From positions 32,001 to 96,000 of IMG/VR virus record IMGVR_UViG_3300033463_000039: DNA of 64,000 nt; one strand, 5' to 3'. Positions 11,010-22,000 of the stretch are shown piece after piece. Under the pieces are notes generated by a model. It did not search any database and had not been told where the DNA came from. It was given only the letters and a program-made list of their open reading frames with translations. Positions within the stretch are counted from its first letter, which is position 1. Each line of letters begins with the position of its first letter. Origin of the DNA: a virus (lineage: Duplodnaviria; Caudoviricetes). The position numbers and the translations under genes were made by a program.

Positions 11010-12740
11010 CTAACTTGTTTGTAAATATATATCTCCATTAACTCCAAGAGAGCTTGATGGAGCGCTCGAACCAGTATAGTAATGTTGAATTACTAAACTC
11101 CCAGTTATTTTTGAACCATTAACATAAGCAGTTTTACCACTTACTATATCTGTTGCGGCGGCCGTGGCATCAGAAGTATAAGATCCAGTTACATTAAAAA
11201 TTTGCACTCCTGTTTTAATATTAGCTGCTGTTAAATCACTATCTCCTGCAATTGTTTGAGTCCCTGTTAAATAAGTTCCTGAAGCTATCGTTTGATTAGT
11301 AGTTCCAGGTGTAATAGTGGCTGCCGCCTTAGTAGTTACAGAAGCTGTTAAAGCTACTGTTGCTGTACTTGCAGTTGCACTTGATACATAACCAGTACTA
11401 ACAGTAGGGGTTGTTGTAACTCCTGTTTTTGTTAATGTAATTGTATTTGTCCCTGTACTTACAGTAGCACTAGATCCTGATAAACTTGTAGGACCTGTTG
11501 CACTACCATTTGCAACTGCATTTATTTTATAATAACCTCCCGCAGAATTATATCCTGGAGGAATATTTATATATTGATCTGAAGTACTTCTACTTACTGT
11601 TGCTTTTGATGTATATCCTGATGTAGCACTTGCCGCAGTAGAAGTTGGTAAAGTCATTGTACTAACTGATTTACTTGCTTGAGAAGCATAATATCCAGCT
11701 GGTACTGTTACAGTAGCTCCTGAAGTTGTTAAGTCTGATGAACTTTTTCTTGCAATTCCACTACCTACATATGTTGGAGAAATTCCTGCAACTTTAACTG
11801 AGTTTGTATCAATAAAAGTTCCATAAGATCCTATCTCTTGTTCTGATTCTGTAGGAGTTATAGTCATATCCGTGTCAATAACAGTAAGACCTGTTATATC
11901 ACTAGGATGAAAAGTATTGTGAATATTTGAATAATCTAAATAACCTTGAGTTGTAACAGGAGTTATAGCATAAAAATTTCCATCTCTTTCAGAATATTCT
12001 AAAGTACCGTCTCCAAGAACAGCTTCACTAACTGTTGTAGATGCATTTGAAGAATAATAACCAGCCGGAGCTGTAATAATAGCATCATGATCAACTACTT
12101 CTGTTTCTAAATCAGAAGAACTTCTTCTTGTTATTCCACTTCCAACATAACTACTACTAATAGCATTAACAGTTACTGTCCCCAATCCACTATATCCTGA
12201 ATCTGCAGTAATTGATTGTTGAGATTCTGTTGGGCTAACTGTCTTATTTTGATTATTTATTGATGAAGGTACATTAACAGTAACCTTACTTAAATATTTT
12301 CCTGTTGAAGGTGTTACAGTTCCATTTGATACAGCAGTTTTTTCTTCAGTTTGAATTGCGGCAACTGTAACTGCACCAGTTGTATACGTATTTGCGGCAA
12401 CCGCACTTTGAGAAGAAGTTGTCGGGGTTATTGTAGTAGCTCCTTGTGTAGTTAGTTGTTTTGTTGCACTACTTGAATAGTAACCGCTTGGAGCAGTTAT
12501 CAATCCAGTATTGCTTACTGTCAAATCTGAACTAGATTTTCTAGCAACACCGCTTCCTACATAACTAGAGCTAATTGCATCTACTGTAACAGCAGACAAT
12601 CCATCATAACCTGTGTCTGGAGTTACTGTAATTTGACTCTCAGTTGGAGTAATTTCTTTAGTCTGCATTGAAGGCGCAGAAGAGGAAACAAATTGAACAT
12701 TAACTCCGCCTATTTTATTTTCACCTAAATATAACGCCAT
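11010..12740 (-). CDS. Ser/Thr-rich repetitive tail-fibre protein (576 aa)
   Basis: Repeats AISSSYVGSG..RKSSSDL and TAPAGYYSS. AGGAGG RBS. Confidence 0.8.
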   Translation of the reverse strand: MALYLGENKIGGVNVQFVSSSAPSMQTKEITPTESQITVTPDTGYDGLSAVTVDAISSSYVGSGVARKSSSDLTVSNTGLITAPSGYYSSSATKQLTTQGATTITPTTSSQSAVAANTYTTGAVTVAAIQTEEKTAVSNGTVTPSTGKYLSKVTVNVPSSINNQNKTVSPTESQQSITADSGYSGLGTVTVNAISSSYVGSGITRRSSSDLETEVVDHDAIITAPAGYYSSNASTTVSEAVLGDGTLEYSERDGNFYAITPVTTQGYLDYSNIHNTFHPSDITGLTVIDTDMTITPTESEQEIGSYGTFIDTNSVKVAGISPTYVGSGIARKSSSDLTTSGATVTVPAGYYASQASKSVSTMTLPTSTAASATSGYTSKATVSRSTSDQYINIPPGYNSAGGYYKINAVANGSATGPTSLSGSSATVSTGTNTITLTKTGVTTTPTVSTGYVSSATASTATVALTASVTTKAAATITPGTTNQTIASGTYLTGTQTIAGDSDLTAANIKTGVQIFNVTGSYTSDATAAATDIVSGKTAYVNGSKITGSLVIQHYYTGSSAPSSSLGVNGDIYLQTS

Positions 12741-12754
12741 TTATTTCCTCCTTT

Positions 12755-13213
12755 CTATGTGCTTGATGGAATGTCACTTTGAGTTCATTCTCTTATTATA
12801 ATTCTATTATAATCCATTACTTGTCAACAACCTGTTGATGAAGTGGCAGTTGAACCATTATTATACCAAGAAGCAGTTTGACTTGAATTATAAACCATAG
12901 CAATATGACTACCCACTTCATATCTTGAACCAATCATACTATTTTTATTATATACAACAGGTTTAAAACCTAATGAATTTATTTGAAAAACAGTCCCATA
13001 GTTTTCATCTCCTAAAACTGGAACTTTAACATCAACCACCATTCCGTCTGAATAAGCTGTTACATCACTATCGGTTACAGTTCATTTTGCTGAAGTATAA
13101 GGGGAATCGGTCACTGCCGCAGTCCCCATTACACTTCTATAAACTCTATATATCCTATGGATAGTTCCATCTTTTATATTTTCAAAAGAATCTAACTTAT
13201 TTAAAATTTTCAT
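12755..13213 (-). CDS. Small tail-associated protein (152 aa) sharing a module with the 4841-6073 product
   Basis: GTAAVTDSPYTSAK-W...VVYNKNSMIGSRYEVG. Open with TGA=Trp. Confidence 0.75.
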
Positions 13214-13229
13214 AAGCTAAACCTCCTTA

Positions 13230-14735
13230 CTATCCAATAACAACTACTTGATATGTCTTTCCTGTTGCTACTGCTTGTGCAAAGCCAATAGTAACTTTAC
13301 TTGTTGATGTTCTTGTAACATCTACCATAACTTCATCATAGGTTGTAGCATCATAAACTTGAACAATAACATCTCTGCTTCCTAAATTATGAGTTACTTC
13401 AAAACTTGTTTTACTGCTATCTCCTGTTAATGTAGTTGAATATTTCTTTAAAATTGTTACTGCTGAACCATATTCTGAAATATGTCCATTTTTATCTATT
13501 TTAATTGGATAAACTCCACTTATTGTTTGTGCACTATTTAATACATTACTGTGTCCTACTGTAATTGAACCACTTGTTGTTACAGGACCTCCGCTTACAG
13601 ATAAACCACCATTAGTTGCATTTGCAAGATTTACACTAGTTACAGTACCTGTATTAGTTGTATATCCTTGATTACTTGCACCAGTTACTCTACCATATTT
13701 ATCAACTGTAATACCTTGATATGTTCCAGGTGTAACAGCTGTTTTAGTTAAATATAAAGTACCTGTTGTAGTAATTGTACCACCATCAGTTGTAGTATCT
13801 GCGCTAGTTGTATTTAAACCAGCTCCTGCAGTGATTTGAGTTACATCTACATCGTCACCAGATGGTACATAAGCCCATGTTGGAGTTGTTGCTGTAGCAA
13901 TAAATAAATCTCCTACTTTTGCAGCTTGACTTGCATAAGTTCCTGCAGTTACTATTTTATAAGTATCACCAACTTTAACTCCTGTTGTAGGTAAAGTTGT
14001 ACCAGCTGTTCCTCCAGTACCAACAGTACCTTTGAAGAACATTCCTCCTGCAAGACCTGCTAAATCTGCGGCGGTTGCTATTTTATTTGAAGTTGCGTTA
14101 TATGCTGTCATATAACTTAAATCATTTGTTAAATCTGTTAATTTTGTTGGTAATGCTGCACTTGTTATATATCCATCTGGATTAGTAGCATTATAAGGTG
14201 TATAACCTAATGCTGTTGTTACATCTGATCCAGTAATTCCACTAATAAATCCATCTGGGTTTGTAGCATTGTATGGAGTATAACCAAGAGCAGTAGTAAT
14301 ATCTGTGCTATCAATTCCTGTAATAAATCCACTATCATTTGTTAATTCACTTACCGCGGTTGGGATTGTTTGAGCGGCGCCCGCACCTGTTATATGTCCA
14401 TGTGCATCAAATGTAATTGGATAAATACCTTGAGTAGTTTTAGCTGTTGTTGTATTAGCATGTTGAATATCAATAGTACCTGAAGAAGTGATTGGACTTC
14501 CAGATATAGTTAATGTTGAATCATTAGATGAAACAGCTACACTAGTTACACTACCTTCTTGGTCATTCATTTTAACCCAAGCTGTTCCATTATAAATATA
14601 GAAAGCTTTTTGAGTTGTATTAAAATATATTTGACCTGCGACAGGATTAGATGGTGCAGATGCTAAATTCTGAATAACAGAATTTTGCAATTCGTTCTTG
14701 TTTAAATCAATATCTGTTAAAAATACCTTTGCCAT
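13230..14735 (-). CDS. Tail fibre protein (501 aa)
   Basis: Motifs APSNPVAGQIYFN, ITVDKYGRVT, a tandem TTALGYTPYNATNPDG repeat and C-terminal VTHNLGSRDV. Confidence 0.85.
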   Translation of the reverse strand: MAKVFLTDIDLNKNELQNSVIQNLASAPSNPVAGQIYFNTTQKAFYIYNGTAWVKMNDQEGSVTSVAVSSNDSTLTISGSPITSSGTIDIQHANTTTAKTTQGIYPITFDAHGHITGAGAAQTIPTAVSELTNDSGFITGIDSTDITTALGYTPYNATNPDGFISGITGSDVTTALGYTPYNATNPDGYITSAALPTKLTDLTNDLSYMTAYNATSNKIATAADLAGLAGGMFFKGTVGTGGTAGTTLPTTGVKVGDTYKIVTAGTYASQAAKVGDLFIATATTPTWAYVPSGDDVDVTQITAGAGLNTTSADTTTDGGTITTTGTLYLTKTAVTPGTYQGITVDKYGRVTGASNQGYTTNTGTVTSVNLANATNGGLSVSGGPVTTSGSITVGHSNVLNSAQTISGVYPIKIDKNGHISEYGSAVTILKKYSTTLTGDSSKTSFEVTHNLGSRDVIVQVYDATTYDEVMVDVTRTSTSKVTIGFAQAVATGKTYQVVVIG

Positions 14736-14754
14736 ATTTTTTTTTTCCTTTCTT

Positions 14755-15192
14755 TTAATTTAAAGTGGCGCTTCCTTTAAAAGCTCCTGAGAAAGTTATT
14801 GTTACTTGATTTGCGTCATCATAAGCAACATCTCCAATAACTTCTTCTCCTGCGCTATCTATAACTGTCACGCTAGGATATTTGTTCAGATTATGAACAA
14901 TAACTCATACATCTGAAGCTGTTGTTTGTTTGTAATAAAAATTTTTATCTTCTACAATATTTAATTCTTCTGAAGTCTTATTTCCCTCTAATACGACACC
15001 ATTTATTTGAGGTTTATTTGTTAATCTATTATAGTTCCCTGCAGAACCTTCTGCCATAGTCTTAACTTTTATACCCTTTTTTTTCGATAAATCTACCTCA
15101 AGGGTATCTGCGCTATTCAAATCAGCAGTTATTGTTTGAGGAGTACCAATAGTAACTACCAAATTTTCTCTATTATCTTGAGGATATGCCAT
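14755..15192 (-). CDS. Tail-associated protein (145 aa)
   Basis: YNRLTNKPQINGV, then ASDV-W(TGA)-VIVHNLNKYPSVTVIDSAG. Confidence 0.8.
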
Positions 15193-15198
15193 AGTTTA

Positions 15199-15555
15199 TT
15201 AACCCTCCTTTTCAGGAGCTTCTGGTCATAAAACAAATAATTTTGGTCCATCATCATCATAGCCAACAAGAGTATCATTGTCATTTAATTCGATTTCATA
15301 CCAATATGTTACTGTTTTAGTTTTGATAAGATTCTCAAGTTTAGTCTCGTCAGAAGTTAAAGTCATTTCGAAAGTATCTGATTGTTCATCAATAGTAAAA
15401 GATTTTTGAAAAACTACTGAACTATAGTCATTCTCTTTTACGATAGAAAATTTAATAACGTCTCCAATAGCAAAATCTTGATTAGCAGTTAATATAATAG
15501 TAATTTGATCGCCTCTATTAAGATACATATTTTTACTATCATCTATAATAAACAT
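15199..15555 (-). CDS. Baseplate upper-protein (BppU)-like Ig-fold protein (118 aa)
   Basis: MYLNRGD...LTSDETK...YWYEIEL pattern. Extends past TGA at 15226 to TAA. Confidence 0.6.
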
Positions 15556-15590
15556 TTTGACTCCTCCTTTTCTTTAAAATCTTTCTCTTT

Positions 15591-15634
15591 GTATATTAAA
15601 AATCGTTTGGACTTATTTTTGAAAAATACCCAAA
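15591..15634 (-). promoter_or_regulatory. Putative late-promoter motif
   Basis: TTTGGGTATTTTTCAAAAA-N19-ATATAC. Confidence 0.5.
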
Positions 15635-15636
15635 AT

Positions 15637-15675
15637 AAAAAAGAAGATAACTGCATGAATTAAGCAGTTATCTTT
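15637..15675 (-). terminator. Intrinsic terminator after putative holin
   Basis: AAGATAACTGC/GCAGTTATCTT stem followed by a U-rich tract. Confidence 0.75.
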
Positions 15676-15683
15676 AAATAAAA

Positions 15684-15935
15684 TTATTCTTCTTCTTCGT
15701 TATTTTCTTCTTCTGGTTCTTCGATAGCTTCTTGATCTGCTAGTTGTTGTTTACAATAAACTTCTCTTGCGGCAGTTACTATTGCACCAACTAAAACATC
15801 TAGTCCTCCAATTATTGTTGTTGCAACTTGACCTTCTATTTTACCAAAAGTAGTTAAGATTAAAAAGATAAAGTTTACAATAGGAACTAATGTTAAAGCA
15901 AACATTTTTAATGCATCATAAGTTTTGTTGCTCAT
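15684..15935 (-). CDS. Putative holin (Dp-1-like)
   Basis: 83 aa with an MSNKTYDALK start, two hydrophobic segments and a highly acidic tail. Confidence 0.65.
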   Translation of the reverse strand: MSNKTYDALKMFALTLVPIVNFIFLILTTFGKIEGQVATTIIGGLDVLVGAIVTAAREVYCKQQLADQEAIEEPEEENNEEEE

Positions 15936-16012
15936 AGATTTCTCCTTTCTTGCGGCGGCAGGGGATATTCTCCCCTACTCGAGACTATGCCATTTCTATA
16001 TCGGCTGCCGCA

Positions 16013-16276
16013 TTATTCTTCTTCTTCATATATTTCTCAATTATTAGATAAAATATCTGCATTTTGAAAATTATAATCAACTGTTTCTCCTGTATCAAGT
16101 GTAAGAATTACTTTTTGATTACTTGTTTCATTAAGAGTATTTCCTTCAAGATCTTTATTTATTATTGTTGAATCTACTAGTTGTATATAAATAAAATTAT
16201 CTCCTCAGAAAAGTTTATTTGTATTACATATTTTTTCCCCTTGCTGTAAATAATTTATCATTTCATAAAAACTCAT
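16013..16276 (-). CDS. DUF2829/Tad2-like small protein (87 aa, 2 TGA=Trp), absent from the track
   Basis: AAGGAGG RBS. MSFYEMINYLQQGEKIC...FW...YNFQNADILSNNWEIYE resembles the DUF2829 pattern MxF..A...L..G.K...W...D(I/M)LA.DW.I. Confidence 0.55.
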
Positions 16277-16297
16277 TTATTTATCCTCCTTTTATAT

Positions 16298-18982
16298 CTA
16301 TGCAGTTCTTCTCCACATATAAATTGCAATATATGGAATATTATGAGTGTGGCTATTTAAAGTGTGAGTATGGCTTGATGTCGCTGCAGAATCTCCAATT
16401 GTTTCCATACCATAAGTTTTCCATCCTCGATCTCCAGCATAAGCAGAACTGTATCCATAGGCATCATCTCCACTACCTCCATTATTCCAACCACCATATA
16501 TTTTATGTTGGTGAGAACGTAGACCACTTTGTGCTGCTGTTAATGTTGTAGCTCCAGTATTTCCACTCGCTGCATTAGTAGCTGTTCCTGTGTCATTTCC
16601 ATTACTTCATGATGCAGAATCACTATTAATATTATATAAGAATTTTCCTTTTGGAAGTCTTTCCCAAGTTCCACCAAACAAAGTAGCAGGACTTGTAGAA
16701 TTAACACTCATATAAATAGATCCTACTGGATAAATTGCATTTAATACAGTTATATCTACCATTGTGACATAAGAATCACTAGGCAAAGTTTGAGCAGAAG
16801 TATATGCCCCAGAATAAAAAGTTCCAAAAGGAGCTTGTTCTTTTGTTGTTCTTCCTGTTTTACTAAGAACTTGATAATTAAAAGTCCCATATTGAGCTCC
16901 ACAATTTACTCACAAAGCACATTTTCCATTTGTATTATTATAATATAATCTAAGTCTATCTAAAGCTACAGAACCACTTAATCTATAAAGTTGACAGGTT
17001 AAATTATATGCTCCTCCATTATTAGCACCATTTTGTCTAATACGGAAACTAATTTGACCTCATAAACTGCTATATCCACCATTTACCTGTAAAGTATAAC
17101 ATTTATCATCATATTGAACAGAAGTAAAAGTTCCATCTCAAACCTTAAACCAATAAGAAGATAAACCGCTAGTTCCAGAAGTTACATACCCAGAATAATC
17201 ATTTATTAATTTTCCTGTCATCGTTCCTGTGACAGTTAAATTCTTTGTTGCATTAGATGTTCCTATGGTTGTTGCACCATTTATTTGGACATTTCCTTCT
17301 AAATTTGTTTTTCCATCTACAAATAATCCTTGTTCTGTTGGAATTGTATTAATACCAACTCCATTTACTGTCTCATCTATAAATAAAATTGGCATACCAG
17401 GACCCACTGAAGCTAAAATTGCATTTGATTCTTCTCCAAAAGCATCATATAATATAACTTTAAAATCATAACTTAAAGTATTATCAAAAGTATCTTCCAA
17501 AGTAATTAAAGAATTAAAAGTTTCAACATCATCATCTAATAAAGTATAAGTAGATGCTGTAGATAATTTATAATATACTTCTGCTCATTCTTCATGATTA
17601 ACAGAAGCAATAGCTCATGAAGGATTAATTTTTAATTGAACAACTTCTCCATAATTATTTTGTCTATTAACAGAAATTGTTCCAGATGGATTTGTATAAG
17701 GAGTTACAGATATTGTCTTTGTTTGAACTGAAGTTTCTAACCCTTTATAATCAACTGCTTTAATCTTAACCGTTACTGAAGTTGCCGTCGATCCTACTGT
17801 CCCAACTGAAATGTGGGTTGCGCTAGCGCTCCTAGTTGTTCAAGAAGTACCTCCATCTGTTGATACTTGATATTCTTTTATTGAGCTTCCTGAATTAGAA
17901 TTTGCTATTGCAGCTTGATTACCAGTTAAAGCTAAAGAATATTCTCAACTACTTTTTCCTTGCACTAAAATTTGATTATTTCCTGTTATTCTTGTTGTTT
18001 CAGAGCCTATGTCTGCATAAGTAATTGCAGTATTAATTGCAAAATTACTACTTCAAGAAGGAGTATAAGAAGTATTTATTCCTAAAGTTCCTGTTTTTGT
18101 TGTTGTCCATGAACTATAAACACAAGTATAAGTTAAATTAGCAGATGTTGTTGTTGATGTCCCACTTCCAAGTGCTGTTCTACATTTATCAGCAGGAATT
18201 GTAAAAGTTAAAGAAGTTCCAGAAGTAGAACCTGTATACAAAGTATTATTATTTCCATCTTTTACAGTAATACTACAATTTCTACTGTGCTCATTAGTTA
18301 AATTAACTGTCTGCGCATTACCAGCTATTAAAGCTGAAGTTGTAATACTTGTTAAAGCAGGAGATTTTCAAGTTGTAGTATTAACAGAACTTGAATAAGT
18401 TGTTCCCGCACTATTTGTTGCATAATATCTAAAATAATATTTTGTATTAGTATTTAATCCAGTTACTGAATTTGTACAAGCTGTTCAATTGCTATTATCT
18501 GTTGATTTTTGATATCCACTAGCAGTAATAGTTGCATTACCATTACTAGTAATAGTTCCAGTTAAAGTAACTGTAGTTTCTGATGTACTTGCTATTGTAC
18601 AAGTAACCGAAGGTTTTACAACATTATTATCTAATGTTCAAGAACTATTTCCACTTGAAGTATAACTGCTTCCATAAGGGTGAGCAGTTATACTTACACT
18701 AAATGAAGTTCCTCCAGACTTAGTAAAACTTCCTGAAGCAATTGTATTGTCTTTATAAAAAGAACTTGATGAAGTCTGAGTAGAACCATTTACAGTAATA
18801 GAAAAACCATAATTTGAAACATATGATTGTCCACTAGTTCCAGAAGTAGCTCTAGTAACAGCAGACCAATTTATTGTAGCAGTATTTCCTGACCAAGAAA
18901 CAACACTCCAACTAAAATCTCAATACCAAATTCTAGAACCTGCTTTAACTTGATTTGTTGAAAAACTACCTGATGTTGCCAT
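16298..18982 (-). CDS. Minor tail/baseplate protein with FN3-like domains (894 aa)
   Basis: MATSGSFST start. C-terminal YPVGSIYMSVNSTSPATLFGGTWE...PYIAIYMWRRTA module. Track fragments are in frame. Confidence 0.85.
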
Positions 18983-19006
18983 TTTTTCCTCCTTTTATTT
19001 CCATTT

Positions 19007-22000
19007 TTATCCCCCTCTTACAAAAGCAAGTCCATTATGAACAACTCCACTCACCGTTAATGAAGCAGGCTGAGCAATTATCTTTGAATCAAAATTTAAT
19101 TCAGAAGAAACTGTTGCTTTTGTCATATTAAATTTATCTAAATCGGTATCACTACCAAAAATTAAATTTTCATTAGCATCTGTTAAAGTAATTCCATTTG
19201 TCTCTAAAATTCTAGCTCATCCACCATTTACTAGTTTTACTTTAACTCCATTTCCATCTATTATTACAATAGGATTTTCTCCATTTGTTTGATATACTTC
19301 TAAATGTCCTTCTGTATTTACAGTTTTTCCCAACGTTAAAATACCATCTTCAATTTCTGAAGCTTTAATATGAACTGCATTTAATTGGCTTAAATCCATA
19401 GTACCATCTAAGCTTCATACAGAAGTATAACTACAGGTTGAAAAAGTAGCTGTATTTTGATTTCATCCAGATGCATTATAAAAATATTGAATACCATTAC
19501 TACCCATTAAGATTCCTTCAGAAACATTGTTCATATCTTCTTTATCAACTAAATAAATAAAGTTATCAAAAATCCTAACAAAACCTAAAGTAGATAATTG
19601 AGTAATTCTGTCTCCATTTGCGGTTAACCCATCTTGTAATTGTTTTGTTAAAGTATCACATAATGGAGTTGAATAAGTTTGTAAACCAGTATCTCAATCA
19701 GTTCTAGTTCTTGTTCATATATATAAAGAAGTATCTGTAGGTTTAGTCTCTTCTCATCCTGTTACGGGAGCTGTTGAATCACTTTCAGAGCCAGCATATT
19801 CTGTTGTATATCCAATTTTATTTTTTATACTGTGCATTTCTGACCAAATAAAAGAACCATTCCCATAAATAATCTTATCTTTTTGTCAAATATAATATTC
19901 ATCTGTTAAATGAGTTTCATTTAAAGGAGTTGTCCATACATCTGTTTCCTTAGGTTTTAAGCCCGTAGAAGGATAGCAATAGTAAGGAATAATATCTACT
20001 ATACTTTGATTAATAGCTGTTTGAGTTGATATTGAAATATTAGTATCAATATCTTCAGGAGCCATTGTCCAATCAGTAGCAATATTTCCTTTTTCAAATT
20101 TAACTTTAGTAATTTCATTTGCTATATCGCTTACTTCACTATTATCATAGACAGTTAAATGTAAATATTTATCATTTTCCCCAGAAATTCATTGTTGATC
20201 AACTAAATTAATATCTGATCTTATAAAATTATCATCTACATCACAAACTCTAAATAAAGCTTTAATTCCACTTTTTGTTGAATATATTTTTATTCAATAA
20301 CTAGTTTCAGGTTCTATTTCTATTCTTCTTTTTAAAGAAATTCTTCCATTATAAGAAACTATTTCTGTTGGCTCTCCTACATTAGGAATATTTCAATTTC
20401 CATTTTGTCAATTTTCTTCTAAGTTAGAAATATAATTTCTCCCACCAATTTCTAAATCGGTAGTATCATATAATTTGACAATAGTAATAGTATCATATAC
20501 ATTAGCATTTGAACTTATACATTTAAAACTTAAAGCAGTAATACTATCTGTAAATAAATCACAAGTTTTTGCTATTGTAAGAACTTCACTGCTAATTGTT
20601 AATCCATGTTGTCCACTTGTTACATCTGTTCAACTACTTCCACCATTTGTACTATATTGCCATTTTGAATAAGTAACGGTCTGAAATCTTGGTGTTAAAA
20701 CAATATTATTTGGACTAAATGTAGAACCACCATCTGTTGATTTAAACATTTGTGAACTTGCTGTAATATCAACTAAACTAGCAGCCTCTCCGCTTGATCC
20801 GGTTGTTGTACTAGAATAACTAAAATAAATTGTTCTATCTGAAGATTCACCTGTTATTCTATAAACAATAGCAAGTTGTTCTGTTTGTGTCTGAGGTAAT
20901 ACTGTAGTCGCACTAAATGTAATAGTAGGACTTGTTACCGCGCTAGTTGAACTTACTTTAAAATTCATTCCTGTCTTTCCAGTTGCAGTTGAGCTTGTTG
21001 AAGCTGTAACCCCATTTACAGATTTAATTTGAACTGTTTTTGAAGTTGTTCCTTGATAAGCAATTAATTGTGTAGTTACTTCCTTCGCGGTGCCCGCCGC
21101 AAAAGTTTGAGCTTCATTTGTTAAATAAGCAACATATGGAGAAGTTCCATTTGTACCATTTGTTCCATTAGTAACTACCGAAACAGTTTGTTCATCTAAA
21201 ATTGTTGTTCCTGTTGAACTATTATATAAAGCAATTCTTATAGAGCTTGTATTTGCAGGAATTGTATATGAATATCCTGCAGTACTTGTAGGAGTTGCAG
21301 TTGCAGTAGAAGATCCATTTAAGAAAATCGCATATCTACCAGTAGTAAAGTTTGTAATTGCGGCATCCCCTGTTTGAGATTTTGCTGTTAAAGTAATCGC
21401 ACTTGGAGTATAAGTTCCATCAGTCGCTTTAACAACTGCTGCATGACTTACTATTAAAGAATAAGCAGTTGGACTTGTTCCATTTTCACCATCTTCACCT
21501 GCTTTAGCTAAACTCCATGAAAAATTCTTTGTAAAAGATTTACCATCAACAGTAATAGGAATTGTTAATACTCCATTTTCAGTAGTTAATGTTGTTGCGG
21601 CCGTTATAGTAATTGTTGTTCCCGATACAGAAGTTGTCAATCCAGTAACTTGACCTGTAATAGTCCCAATTGTAGGAGTTATTGATGAAGTCCCTTTATA
21701 TGCTAGAACCTCGGTTGTAGTACTACTAGCCACTGCCGCAGTATCTGTAGCAGGAAAAGTATGTGATTCATTTGAAAGAACTACTGTATATGCGGGTGCC
21801 CCTGCCGCTCCATCATCTCCCTTTTCTCCTTTTAAATCTACTTTTGTAATTGCTTTTGTTAATGTAACATATCCACCTTCATAATCAGAAGTCCTAAAAG
21901 CACAAGATATATTTGAAGCAGAAGGATTTAAAGTACAAGTAACTCCATAATAAGAATTTGGCATTGTTACTGTAACAGTTTCAGTATTTCCTGTCCATAT

